Origin: the human T2T-CHM13v2.0 reference genome, Homo sapiens
NCBI RefSeq assembly: GCF_009914755.1
Contig: NC_060937.1
DNA: 64,000 nt
Strand: one strand, 5' to 3'
Shown here: in pieces, positions 27,014-39,554 of the stretch
How positions within the stretch are numbered: the stretch's first letter is position 1
Layout of the letters: every line of letters begins with the position of its first letter
Notes under the pieces: model-generated
What the model was told of the DNA's origin: nothing
The model's input: only the letters and a program-made list of their open reading frames with translations
The model's database searches: none
Made by a program: the position numbers and the translations under genes

Positions 27014-27295
27014 TGTGTGGATTGTGAGAATGGCCCCGTTTCTTCACTCATCTATATAAAGAAGCCCTTTGCCACGTAACTTTGCAGTGTCCTCCCAACA
27101 TGGCTGGAGTGACCTGCCCCATCCTTGACTCTCAGCTTGCCATGTGACATGCTTTGGTGTAAAGAATAAGGTGGAAGGGATGATGTCCTGGTTTTAAGCC
27201 CAGAGGTAGGCCTGGGCTCCTGTGTTTCTGTATCATTATGAGAGCATGGCTGGGTTCACCTGCTTTTCCAGGAGGAGGAACCAGTGGGAACACTA
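27014..27295 (+). mobile_element. MLT1 (G/H-like) LTR fragment
   Basis: CCCTTTGCCACGTAACTTTGCAG...GCCATGTGACATGCTTTGG. Confidence 0.55.
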
Positions 27296-27732
27296 AGATA
27301 GCCATAAACTTCTTCTCTATTACACTATACCCTTTTCTAATCTGTATTTTGACTTTGTTAACAAATCCTCAAGTCAATAAATATTCTTCCATAATATATT
27401 TTTTGGAGATTCTTGCCACTACACTTCTGGGAAACAAATGAACAAATTACATTTTCTATGTATTATTTTTCTGCTTATTTACATTAAATTAAAAAAATTC
27501 ACAAAACAAGGAATACGCTATTGCAGAGTGGGTTAGGCAGTGGAATTCCTTTTCTAAAATACAATGTTATCTATTTAAAGCACACTCAGCAAAATGCTTG
27601 GCTACCTTCACAGAATTCTCTACCATAACATTAATCTATTACTTTAGCGTTTCAGAACAAGAATTCATCCTCAAGTACTATTGTCCTTCATAAACCATTC
27701 CCACAATTTTTTTCATTATTTGAAAAATTAAA

Positions 27733-27925
27733 CTTATTTTGAGATGATTATAGATTTGCATGTAGTTGTAGGAAATACTACAGAGATTCTGTGTACCCTT
27801 TATCTAATTTCTCCCAATAGTAGCAGTTTGCAAAACTATAGTACAACCTGGCAACCAGGATATTGACATCACAGCATTCCATTGATCTTATTCAGATCTC
27901 TCCAGTTTTACTTGTACTCATTTGC
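27733..27925 (-). mobile_element. L1MC-type 3'-end fragment
   Basis: TTATTTTGAGATGATTATAGATT...GCAAAACTATAGTACAA...CAACCAGGATATTGACAT. Confidence 0.65.
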
Positions 27926-28365
27926 AAAACAACTTTAGAGGCTATGGAATATTCTATTGTATTGATAAATGTATCAGATTTTCTTAAGCAATCCCTTAAT
28001 GTTGAACATTAGTATGTTTCTAATTTTCAGTGCAATAAAGGTTTCATAAACATTTTAATATAAATTTTATTGCATATATCTGTTTTACAGATTAAATTTC
28101 TTCAAGTGGAAATATTAAGTCAAAGAAATTACCTATTTCTAATAATTCTTACTGAAGAAGTGAAACCTAGCAGGAAGAATTGTATTTGGTAACTAGACTT
28201 TCAATTGTATTTTATAATTAGCCATCAATTTTATTTGATAATTAATGTATATTCTTCCCAATATACAATAACATCCCCTAGTTTAAAGAAACAACAAACA
28301 TTATGGACCTCTATATCTATTAGCTACCATCGCATAATATTCTTCGGTAGTTTTAAACAATAATT

Positions 28366-28367
<2 letters not shown>

Positions 28368-28397
<30 letters not shown>
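28368..28397. repeat. (AC)15 microsatellite
   Basis: Directly visible. Confidence 0.95.
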
Positions 28398-28399
<2 letters not shown>

Positions 28400-28775
28400 A
28401 TTGGTCATCTCAGGCTTCCATAACTAAATACCATAGGCGGGGTGGCTTAAACAACAGAAATTTGTTTTTCAGGGTTCTGGAGGTTGGAAGTCTGAGACCA
28501 GGGTGTGACTGTGGTTGGGTTCTGGTGAGAGCGTCTTTGGTTTGTTGACAGTCACCTTCTTGCTGTGTCCTCATGTGAGGGGAAGTAGAGGGAGAAAAAG
28601 CTCTCTGGTGTCTTTTTTTATAAGGGCACTAATCACATCATGAAAGCCCCACCCTCAAAACCTCGTCTAAGCCTATTTATCTCCCAAAGGCCCCATCTCC
28701 AAATTCCATCACATTGGAGCTTAGGGCTTCCACCTATGAATCTTTCTGGGGTGCAGTATGGTTCAGTCTATAGCA
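28397..28775 (-). mobile_element. MLT1A-like MaLR LTR
   Basis: GGTGGCTTAAACAACAGAAATTT...TTCTGGAGGTTGGAAGTC...TATAAGGGCACTAATC...CCCAAAGGCCCCATCTCCAAAT...TTCAGTCTATAGCA. Confidence 0.85.
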
Positions 28776-29606
28776 GAAAAAAATAATAAAAAAAATATAT
28801 ATATGTACACACACACATATATATATATAATTTATATTCATGTATACTTGTATAGTTGAAAGTCTCCAAGATAATGAACAAAATGCTGAATGGTTATTTC
28901 TGGGTCATAGAAGGAGAGCAAATTCTAGAACTTTTTTCTTTTTGTTTCTCTGTGTTTTCCAAGTTTTATTCACTGAGCATGTACTACCATTGTGTTTATA
29001 AAATATTAAATTTTTAAAAGAAAAAGATGTTTTAAATTATGAGGTACAGATGGTCAATACATTTAATAATAAAAGTTGGAATGGCACATAGCCCATCACT
29101 AATTGAAGAAAAAGCTTTAGAATATGCAGTCCTTTAAGCAAACTAACCTAAAACTAATGAAATCCCCTTGTTCGTGATGATAGTTGCTATCACTCTCCTC
29201 TTAACTGTCTTTCAAAATAATGATCACAGGCTGAATCTCTTTTCTACCAGTGTTCTATTTATTAACTTATATTATAAAATTACTTTTTTCTTTTGTGAAT
29301 GCACACCATACTTCTTCATCTTTTATCCCTGGGGCTCCCAGGCAACATCAGAGTGAGATATTTTTGTGAGTCTCAGATATTATTAAAAAGATGCTGTGGG
29401 AGGGTTGATGGAAGCACACAATATCACAGCTCCTCTTCCTCTTTTCCTACGGATGAAATCTGGCAGGCAAAAAAAAAGCAACAAAAACAAAAATTAAAGG
29501 ACTCCCCAAACAAGGTGAAAGTGAATTAGAGGGAAAGTTGGGATAGTGAAAGGGAAGAGAGGCACAGAGAAAGAGTCAATTGCCTTGGAGATGATAGAGG
29601 AGATTC

Positions 29607-29990
29607 TGTCAACCAGGATATGTTGGGTGTTGCTGCAGTAACAAATGCCCTCCAAATCCTATAGCGCATGCCTCACTCACTCAGGCTATCGGCCCATCGC
29701 ATCAGGGTGAGCTCTGCTCATCAGCATCACTCAGGAGCCCAAACTGCAGGAGCAGCCACCATTTCAAATGTCACTGGTTGCCACACTAAAAGGAAAAAGA
29801 GAGTGACTCTGAGGGTCCCATGCCAGCGATTAAATGTTTCGGTCTAAAAGTGACAGACATCATTTCTGCTTGTAACCTACATTGCCTCAAACTATTTATA
29901 TGTTCCCACAACAAAGGGCAGAAGGCCTTCCTACCGCAGGTGTTCCAGAAGACCTGGAAATACTTTCCAAACAACGCTAATATCAATAGC
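29607..29990 (-). mobile_element. Old MLT1 (K/L-like) LTR
   Basis: TGCTGCAGTAACAAAT..., CACTCAGGAGCCCA..., AAAAGTGACAGACATCATTTCTGCT. Confidence 0.55.
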
Positions 29991-30473
29991 CCATGGTCCG
30001 GGCTGACTGTATGTATGTAAGCCAAAGTTAGTTGACACAATGCCCAGCTCCCCCGTTCACAATGTCCTTGAGTCTCTCCCTGGTGCCAGCAGTGACCTAC
30101 CTTGCCTCCACTGGCCACAAGTATGAAGTGTCTGCAAAAGAAAGCCCACTGACCCAAAGAGAAGGGAATCCAGGTCCCAATCTTCTCCAGCCAGCCACGT
30201 GGTCATGGGCTGTGATTTTGTCAATGGGCTCATTGACAAAATTAGGAAATCCCTGAAATCTCTTTCTGCTCTAACCTGCTTTGATCCTTAGTGATGTGCA
30301 CTTGTGCACCACTTTGCCAGATTGTAGGAGGATGAGAGGCTGTGCACTGCTTAAGATCTGAGGTTTGGTTTTTCCCTCCTTTAGTCAAGACAGGCTCTGT
30401 GTGCATGGAGCTCCTGCCCAGGTCTGCCTCAGGTCTGAGCCCAGACAGCAGCTGCTCCACCCCTAGGGCTTGT

Positions 30474-30522
30474 GGAATTAGCTATCTATGAGATTACAAA
30501 GGAATTAGCTATCTATGAGATT
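30474..30522. repeat. Direct duplication of 22 bp (GGAATTAGCTATCTATGAGATT) with a 5-bp spacer
   Basis: Identical copies at 30474-30495 and 30501-30522. Confidence 0.9.
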
Positions 30523-32879
30523 CAGAATGAAAAGTGAGCCCGTGTAGCATAATTTCATGTTTTCATCAAGAGCTAGTAGATTTTAAAAATCAAAGAGAAG
30601 GCAGGAAAATCAAGCAGTGGTCAGGAGCGGGGGCATGGGAGGGGAAGGAGACGCCGTGTCCACCTACAGCCATGGTTCAGCTGCTGGGTTAATCTGACTG
30701 TTAAACTGAACAGAGTTTGATGAAGTTTTTCTATTTTATTTTATTTTTCTGTACTACATCAACCAGTGGATTTTTTTTTTATTTCACTAAGTCAAACAAT
30801 TATTTTACCAGTTTAAGAGGTATTCTATGACTATTAACAAATAACTCTAATCATGAAGGTCTTGGTCTAGACTTAATTAGCTTTTGGTGGTTTGGATTGG
30901 AAATACCTTATTTTTCTCATTTACTTATCATCTATTTTTGCAGCATCATTTGTATGCAGCTAAGCATTATGTCAGGCCTCAAGGATACAAAGATCAATGC
31001 AGTGTGATTCCTGCCTTCAAGGGACCTATCACTGTCTTGGAGAAGTAACGGTGAAAATTATAGTCAACAAACTACATGACTGCTTTCCCTACTTCTGCCC
31101 TGTGGCCTTAGGACACTTAGGTAACATGGCCTTGCCAACCTCTGGGTGCTATTAGACTCATGAGATCCCCAGCCAGGCCTCTCCACCTCAGCACTTTGTT
31201 GATTTGCCTCCTTTGACCATCCCCAGGGCAACATGCCCATTCCTTTTTCTGTTTTTCTAGCTCCCCCACCCACCCCTCCTCAGCTGACAGTTTACTTCTC
31301 CAACTTCAACAGCTTCTACCCAAATCCCCCTGGGAACCAGCCTGCAACAGCCACCTGACTTTCCCGCCTCCTCCTTTCACGGAACACAGGCTTCCATTTA
31401 ACCAGAAATACATGTTTTTTAACTTAAATTTCCCTCGAAAATACACAAGGGTTTAAATTAAGGGTAAACGTTGCATTTTCAAATCACAAAAGTTTTTGCC
31501 AAAATTCACAATGTTTGAAAAAAATAGGTTGAGACACTTTCTGAAAGGTTTTCCCATCTGCAGTGAAATTTGTGGATCGCATGGGAGGTCTTTTCATGTG
31601 TGTCATCGTTCTAAGAGCCCACTGGCTATGCCTTTTATTTCTCCAGGCATGGGTGCACCTCGGGGGTGGGCTGAGCACCTATGAGTCTAGGTGGCAGTTT
31701 CTAATTAGGGCTGTGACCTTGACCATGCCCCCTACCTTCCTGGGCCTCAGGAAATGAAGATGGAACCAGCTCCACTCATAACTGAGCCTGGAGACTTCAT
31801 GTTTCTAGACTTACTGAGATTCTTGGATGACACATGCCAATTAATCCAGTTAATCTTTTTCTTATCAGCAAGAGGCAAGAGGAAAGTGGGGGCACGGGGA
31901 AGGTGAAATTATTTATATCCTCAATTTTATATGTTTTTCTGGGCAATGTTTTAAGCACTGCACATACCATATATCTGCTAGAGGTGCCCAGCAATGTGAG
32001 ACAAAACTCATAGCAGGCAATGGAATGAAGAGCCACCTCCTCTGAGCTACAAAATCATTGCTATGCTAAAAACTATAATTCTACGAGGTCTATGACTTTT
32101 TTGTCCTTAATATGTGCTAAGTGTTACCCAAAAAAAGAATAAGAAGTTCTGTACGCTCTTGCATACGTGTGTGTGTGTGTGTGTGAGTGTGTGTGAGCAA
32201 GGAGGTTTCCGAATGTATGAAGAGGCAGAGATTGAAAAATCGTCTTGTGCTATTCACAAGTATGAGGTCTAGGTATTTTTTTTTCTCTGTTTTTAGTAAG
32301 CATGTGTGCATGCATTTAGTGGGTGAGGACTGAAGAATTAACAAAAGCTCCAACCAAATACTAATTTGTTCAGTGAATGTGAAGGTAATCCAGGATGAGG
32401 CCTGATTTCATATTTGCATGCAATCACAGTATTTTCTTTGCCACCGAGTTGTTCATCTGGGAGGTGGGGGTCATTGACACCAGCTGGTTTGAGGTGCCAC
32501 ACCTGTGAAGGGCTGCTCCCATCATTCTCACCTGACTCTCATGAGAAGCTACATCCCCCTAAGGCCTGGGCTCCCTGTGATTCCCAAGGAATCACGTTGG
32601 GAATACCTCCAGGGTTGCTGTGTCTGTTGGTCTCAGTTCCCTGGGCCAGTCCTCTTCCACTTCCCTGAAGAGATTCCAAGTTATCCTCCTGGCTTTTCTC
32701 GGACCCTACACTGATCCCCATTACACCCTCAAGATGTGCAGAGCTGCACACTGCTGTGACTTTGGGTTATTCTGCATGAACACTCGGTGTCAACGCCAGG
32801 CAAGCTGGCTCCCCAGCCTCTTCCAGAATGAGACACCTTCTCTCTGCTTCTCCCCTGTGGGTGCTGGATCACTGCAGGT

Positions 32880-33005
32880 AAGTCACCTTGGGAATCTGGT
32901 GAAAATAAAGTTTCTTTCTTAGTAGATCTGGGGTGGTGCCTGAGAGTTTGCATTTCTAACAGCTTGCAGGTGAGAAAGGTGCAGTCCTGACTTTTTGAGA
33001 GCAAG
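32880..33005. mobile_element. MER5-like fragment
   Basis: TAGTAGATCTGGGGTGGTGCCTGAGAGTTTGCATTTCTAACA. Confidence 0.6.
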
Positions 33006-33283
33006 ACTTTGAAGTGCACCTCAGGCTGCAGATGTTCATACCTGGCAGGGTCACCTTCTTGGCCTCTGGCTCCAGCCCTGGCCACAGGAACACCTCTCAG
33101 GAGACAGGAAGAAGCTAGTCCTTAGATTGTAAAGTAATCACATGAGGTTGGGCTTTGGTGGGGGGTGGGAATGGGTGTCTGCAGCTTTTTCCAATTACAG
33201 ATAAGAAACTAGTTGTTTTAAAGACAAATAAGAAATATAATAGACTAACATTGCAGTTCCCTAGATATATATAGTCTAAGAAA

Positions 33284-33575
33284 TAGTGGTCCTATGTGAT
33301 GTTAATAGGAGTTATGTGCAAAAGGAATCTCTATGCTCAAATGAGTTCTAGAATTTAAAATCTAAACACAAGGTTAAACAAAGTTTAATAGGTTTTTACT
33401 GCAGAACTTTTCAAAAGCTTTAATAAGTGAACGTACATTATAGATCTCCAAGAAGGACATAAAGTATGCTACACTCCCCAAAAGTGTTTTCCCAGGAAAG
33501 CCCTATTTTTTTTTCAGCGAGGTTAATAGGACTAAATCTCCATGGGGAAGGGTCAAGCTCTTTGGGAAAGTGCAT
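33284..33575. mobile_element. hAT-Charlie (Charlie4-like) fragment
   Basis: GGTTAAACAAAGTTTAATAGGTTTTTACTGCAGAACTT...ATCTCCAAGA resembles a recalled Charlie consensus. Confidence 0.4.
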
Positions 33576-33867
33576 CATAGGAACCCACCAAGAGTTGACT
33601 TCATCAGCCTTTCTCAGCTCTTCTTTTGCCTGCCCCAAAGATTACAGAACAGGAGTGTTTGTTTTCTCAGATTCATTTGTGATAACTTAGTCATTTTAAG
33701 GATGTTCATGTGTCCATTGACTTTTTTTTTCTTTACAAATAGCACACATTTCTCTCAAATGCTAAGCCTGGAATATAAAAATTATGTCATCATGTCACCT
33801 GTTCATATGCACATCATACTCACTACTGAAGGGTATTCCTTTACCACTGTCTCCCCTCCTTAATATA

Positions 33868-35262
33868 CAGTTGACCCTTTACAGGGGTGAGGTTTGGGGC
33901 AATGACACCCACACCTGCACAGTTGAAAATCTTTGTATAACTTTTTTTTCAGAATTCTATCAGATATATTTATTTATTTATTTGTCTGTTGTTTTTGTTT
34001 CAGAGAGACATGTGCAGGTTTGTCACGTAGGTACATTGGTTTCACGGGTTTGGTGTACAAATTATTTAATCACCCATGTATTAAAATAAGCATAGTACTC
34101 CATAGGTAGTTTTCAGATCCTCACCCTCCTCCCACCCTCCACCCTCAATTAGGCTAAAGTGTTTGTTATTCCCTCCTTTATGTCTATGTGTACTCAAGTG
34201 CTTAGCTCCCACTTATAAGAAAGAACATGCAGTATTTGGTTTTCTGTTCCTTTGTCAGTTCACTTAGGATAGTGACCTCCAGCTCCATGCATGTTGCTGC
34301 AAATGACAATATCTTATTCTTTTTCATGGCTGCATAGTATTCCATGATATATATGTACCACATTTTTTTTATTCAGTCTACTATTGATGGGCACCTAGGG
34401 TGACCCCATGTCTTTGCTATTGTGAACAGTGCCACAATGATCATTTGTGTGCATGTGTCTTTATGGTAGAAATATTTCTATTCCTTTAGGTATTTACCTA
34501 ATAATGGGATTGCTGGATCAAATGGTACTTCTGTTTTAAGTTTTTTGAGAAATTACCAAACTGCTTTCCACAGTGGCTGAACTAATTTATAATACAGTGT
34601 GTAAGCAGAGTATAAGTGTTCTCTTTTCTCTGCAGCCTTGCCAGCATCTATTATTTTTTGACTTTTTAATAATAACCATTCTGACTGTTGTGAGGTGGTA
34701 TCTCATTGTGGTTTTGATTTGCATTTCTTTGATGATTAGTGATGTTGAGCATTTTTTCATATGCTTGTTGGCCACGCATACATCTTCTTTTGAAAAGTGT
34801 CTGTTCATGTCCTGTGCCCACTTTTTAATGGGGTTGTGTGTGTTCTATAACTTTGGACTCCCTGAAACTTAACTTATCGTCTATTTTTGAGCAGAAGGCT
34901 TCCAGATAACATAAACAGTTCAATTAACACATATTTAGTATGTTATATGTGTTATATACCATATTCTTACAATAGAGTAAGCTAGAAAAAAAAAGAATGT
35001 TATTAAGAAAATCATAAGCGAAAATATATTTACTATTCATTAAGTGGAAGTGGATCATCATAAAGGTCTTTATGCTTGTTGTCTTCATGTTGAATAGGCT
35101 GCGGAGGAGGAGGCAGAGGAGGGGTTGGTCTTGCTGTCTCGGGGTGGCAGAGCTGGAAGAGGTGGAAGGGGAGGCAGCACACTCAGTGTAACTTTTACTG
35201 AAAAAAATCTGCAAGTAAGCAGATCTGAGCAACTCAAACCCATGTTGTTCAAGGGTCAACCG
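33868..35262 (-). mobile_element. Tigger2a-like DNA transposon derivative, interrupted by an L1
   Basis: TIRs CAGTTGACCCTT (33868) and GTTGTTCAAGGGTCAACCG (ending 35262). Confidence 0.8.
33945..34845 (-). mobile_element. 5'-truncated older L1PA (L1PA13-16-like)
   Basis: ORF2 C-terminus [39 protein letters not shown] (34587-34808, minus). TSD TATAACTTT (33936-33944, 34846-34854). Confidence 0.9.
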
Positions 35263-35529
35263 TGTAAGCAGAATGGTTGTGGTAGAGCAGAGGAAAGGTA
35301 AGAGAAAGAGTATTTAAAACAATGAGAGCAATATATTTCCCTCATTGCTTATCACTTGCAATTAGAAAAGCCCAGCAGATTGATTTGGTTAAATATTTTG
35401 AGTAAGTTTAAGAATTTTTCTTTCAAATTCAAGAGTTTGTCTGGGCAGATAGTAGAAAAAATATAAGATAAGTGAACTCAGAGAGCAGTGCTTCCTCTAG
35501 ATTCTGCTGAGGGGTCTCCATCCTGGTGA

Positions 35530-35625
35530 ATATTTCCTTGAACATAGAAGTAAAAATACTTTCCAGGGAATCTCCTGGTTTTTAAATCAGAGTGTGGCAT
35601 GCAACTGGAATTTCTGTGGTTGTGT
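35530..35625. promoter_or_regulatory. Candidate cytokine-responsive motif cluster
   Basis: GAS TTCCTTGAA (35534-35542); N4 GAS TTCCAGGGAA (35561-35570) overlapping NF-kB GGGAATCTCC (35566-35575); RUNX TGTGGTT (35615-35621). Confidence 0.35.
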
Positions 35626-35797
35626 TTCAGGCAGGCAGAAAAGGCATTTTACAACTTCAAATCTGTGGGCAATTCACTCAATGGCTGCATCCCAAAATTC
35701 TGCATCCCAAGATTACCAAAATTCTGTTGGTTATCTTTGAGAGAATTAGATAAAAAAAGATGGAGCAAATGAAGGTGTGTGTGTTTGTGTGTGGGTG

Positions 35798-36319
35798 TGA
35801 GGTAGGAGAATAAATAGAGTCTGGAGACAGGGAATCCATGGCTGATTCACTGACTTCCTAGAACTTAATCAAAAGGAAAACCCCACCTCTCCACACCCAC
35901 ATAACAAAAGGATCAGAGGCTACTCCTTTTACACTGCATAGCCGATGAAAAATGGAAAGTACCCCTGATTGGTCCCCTCCTGCAACCAATCAGACAGGTC
36001 GTGGCCCAAGTCTTCATGTCTAACTTTGTAACTTCACTTCAGCCTCTGATTGGTCACCTCCTGTGACCAGAGTGGTCGTCGGCCAAGTCTTCATTTATGG
36101 AGAGTGTAACCAAGTAACCAATGGGAAACCTGTAGTGGGTATTTAAACCCCAGAAAATTCTGTAACCAGTGCTCTTGAGTGGAGTGTACTTTCATTTCAA
36201 TAAATCTGTGCTTTCATTGCTTCATTCTTTCATTGCTTTGCTTGTGCATTTTGTCCAATTCTTGGTTCAAAATGCCAAAAACCTGGACAACTTGTAGTCA
36301 AGGCCCTCCACTGGCAACA
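35798..36319 (+). mobile_element. MER51 solo LTR (ERV1)
   Basis: TGAGGTAGGAGAA...GACTTCCTAGAACTTAATCAAAAGGAAAACCCC. Has CCAAT boxes, TATA-like TATTTAAA and AATAAA; ends CTCCACTGGCAACA. Confidence 0.85.
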
Positions 36320-37280
36320 TGTATATGTGTTTTTGAGGTGGTAGGTAGCTGAGATTGAAGATGAGTGGATTTATGAATTGAATAACAATAAATATCCTAC
36401 TTAAAAATGTTAAAAGTTGGAAATCATCTCTTATTGTGATAACATATTTCTCCTCCCTGGGAATCTGTTGGACAGATTGGAGCTGGCAGGGTAGGGCCTG
36501 TATTGTTGAAGTTGCCATGGCTACTGCAGGAAGTGAGCTTTCTTCTAAAAACCTCACTGGCCCAAGAACAAGCCCAGGCAAGTCTACAATTCAATGACTT
36601 AGAAGTATTTTCTTATTCTAAAATGTTGCACTGATAATTGCTAAGAAGTATAAACAAAGGAAAGGGAGGCTGTTTGTCTTTGTCTTTCTTCCTAATTAGT
36701 CCCTTTCCTTACATTTTCCTTAATTATCTACACACCTGAATACAAGTCCCTCCCAATTACAAAGCCAATGCCTATTTTTTGAAACAGAAAATTTTAAAAA
36801 CATTTTTTGCCAATTTGAACATATAAATATTTAAGCCTCTAAGTGAAATCGTTAAAAATCTACTTATAATATTCCATTTATTAATCTACACATATGTATA
36901 TTAATTGCATAAAACTGAAAAGAAAATTATATACACTCATACTTTGCAATATTGCTTTATTCTACTCTGATATTTCATGAAACAATCTGTTCACATGTGT
37001 CGTGTGCATCTTGGCTGTCAGCAACTTTGCCATCACTGGAAACCCTTTCTGATTTTTTAAAACAGTTTTCCAAAACTATCTTCTCTGCCACCCACGTTTC
37101 TATAACACAGCAATTTTTAAATACAGATGTAATACTATCACAGAAAATTTTATCCCAGACCACAAGTATCCATTTCTACAAGCTAGGACAGGTTTTCTTT
37201 TTATAATTCATCATCCATGTTTTAGTGATCTCCATCACGTCTCACTTACTGTATTGCTTTTTAAAAAAAGCTCATGTTCG

Positions 37281-37578
37281 AGCTGGGCATGGTGGCTCAC
37301 GCCTGTAATCCCAGCACTTTGGGAGGCTGAGGTGGGCTAATCATGAGGTCAGGAGCTCGAGACCAGCCTGGCCAACATGGTGAAACCCCATGTCTAATAA
37401 AAATACAAAAAATTAGGTAGGCATGGTGGCAGGCACCTGTAATGCCAGCTACTCAGGTCGAGGCAGGAGAATCACTTGAATCCAGGAGGTGGAGGTTGCA
37501 GTGAGCCGAGATCGAGCCACTGCACTCCAGCCCAGGCAACAGTATGAGACTCCATCTCAAAAAAAAAAAAAAAAAAAA
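37281..37578 (+). mobile_element. AluS (Sg/Sc-like)
   Basis: ATCATGAGGTCAGGAG (2-nt deletion type) and poly(A) tail. Confidence 0.9.
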
Positions 37579-38070
37579 GCTTATGTGCTTATGTTCAATG
37601 GTATGCAAGACTTGAAAGAATGAGTTAAACTCCCAAAGGAAAAATGATCACACTATGTTAAATTTCTTTGAGTCCTTTTTTTAAAATTCAAAATGAATTC
37701 TATTAGATGACCTAACAAAATAGCAGTAGTAACAACAACTAACACTTCCCAAGCCTTTGTCATCTGCCAAACACTGTTGAAACACAGTATGCATAGTAAC
37801 TTATGTAAGGGCCTCTTTCTCAAGAGTGCTTCCAGAGTGTGGCAGAGGAGGCTCCCTGAGCAGATATGGCTGTGGACCAGAAAAAACATCACTCACTGTG
37901 ATGTCCTGAGGGCATCAGATGGTTTCTACTTGTGTGTGCCTTACTGCTGCTTAATCTGCTGGTTATCAAACGCACACGCATGTATGCGCACTCACACACA
38001 CACAGTTGACTACCTTTTCTTTTTGTCAGAGGGAAATAGAAGATCTCAACAGCATGCCATTGTTTTAGAT

Positions 38071-38254
38071 AAGTGGTTCTCAGCACTTGTCTGCATATTA
38101 GAACCATCTGAGAAAGCGTTTTAAAAACAGTGATGATGCTCAAGCCTCAACCCAGAGCAAATACATCAGAATTTATGTCTGGTGGAGCCAGAGCATCAAT
38201 GGATTTGAAAGCTCCTCAGGTGATTCTCATTTTTAACCAGCCTGAGAACCAATG
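38071..38254. mobile_element. MER5A/B MITE
   Basis: AGTGGTTCTCA...TGCATATTAGAACCATCTG...CTCAGGTGATTCT...TGAGAACCAATG. Confidence 0.7.
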
Positions 38255-38691
38255 TTTTAGATTATTGCACACAAACCAAATGTCCTCATATTTCTCCCTA
38301 GATGAATTGAATGTCCTGCACCTACTAGGAAGTTTAGAATTACTATCCATACTCTTTCAGTATTCAGCAGCTTTTCAAAAATTCTGCTTAGAGGAATGCC
38401 TGGTGGATTCACGGATCTTACCTGTATGTTTAGAATACATCCAAGTTCTTCTGGACTCATAACACCACCCAGAGACTGATGCAAGGGATCTATCTCCCCA
38501 CCAGCTTCTCCCCACTCGTTAAGGGGGGCACCCAACTCCTCAACTCTGTCCCCTACCTGCCCACACCCACACACACACATTTCCTGTCTCATATCTCTCA
38601 ATCTTTAGTTGATCACACTAGAGACATTCTCTTTCTGATCTAACAATTCTCCTTCCACAGTTTTTCCTTCTAATAAAGCCCACTTAACAAA

Positions 38692-38925
38692 ATAATAATA
38701 GTAACTTCCGCTTTGACTGTTAAGTATCACACATTTACTAGGTAGGCATTTTATATAACTATCATTAAAGCCTCACAACAAACCTAGGATAGACTCATTT
38801 TGCAGATAAGGACACTAAAGGCCGTAGAGAAAATACAACCTCCTTAACATCACCTAAGTAGCAAGTAGCAAGTCTGGGATTCCGACTCTGATATATTGAT
38901 TCCAATGCTGAAAGCTCCAAGCTGT
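38692..38925 (-). mobile_element. MIR SINE
   Basis: CCTCACAACAAACCT...CATTTTGCAGATAAGGACACTAAAGGC. Confidence 0.6.
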
Positions 38926-38938
38926 ATTACCGCACTCT

Positions 38939-39103
38939 CTGGCTTCATTGATGTGCAGTTTGTACAGTCACACAGGGTCCTGTGCTCAGAGGACATCAAA
39001 CTTGATGTAATGCTGTCTGTCACTGTCTGGAAGTTCTGAATAATTTTTGAACAAGGAGTTCCACATTTTTCTTTTGCACTAGGCTCCGCAAATTAGGAGT
39101 CCT
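38939..39103 (+). mobile_element. MER91A (hAT-Tip100)
   Basis: CTGGCTTCAT...CAGTCACACAGGGTCC...AATAATTTTTGAACAAGG...TTTTGCACTAGG. Confidence 0.7.
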
Positions 39104-39554
39104 GCTCTTCTACTCCTGCCAGAAACAAATCAAGGCAAGTCACTCTATATCTTTTGAGAACCAAAAGTGTATTCAAATCTTGACCACTTAGAATAAAAGC
39201 AGTGAACTAAAGAAAAAACGTATGTTTTAATGTGAAATTAGACCTGATAGAGAACTGGTACTACTAACCTTTGAAGTTCCAGAAAATGTTCAAAATCTTC
39301 AATAAGGCTGCTTTCCACCTTATCGTCCTCTGAGTAACCTAATTTTACTCATATTGGCCCTCAAAATAAGATTTTTAAAACTTAATGATCTAGTTTTTTG
39401 TTATTTCCATTCTGTAGCTAATCCCATCTCCAACTAATACACCCATCTCCCCAAAAATAAAGATCAGTTATTTCATTTCCTTTGGGAGCCAAAGCACACT
39501 CAAATTGTGATCATTTAGAGAAAAAAGGGAATATTAACATTTAGAAAAACCTAT

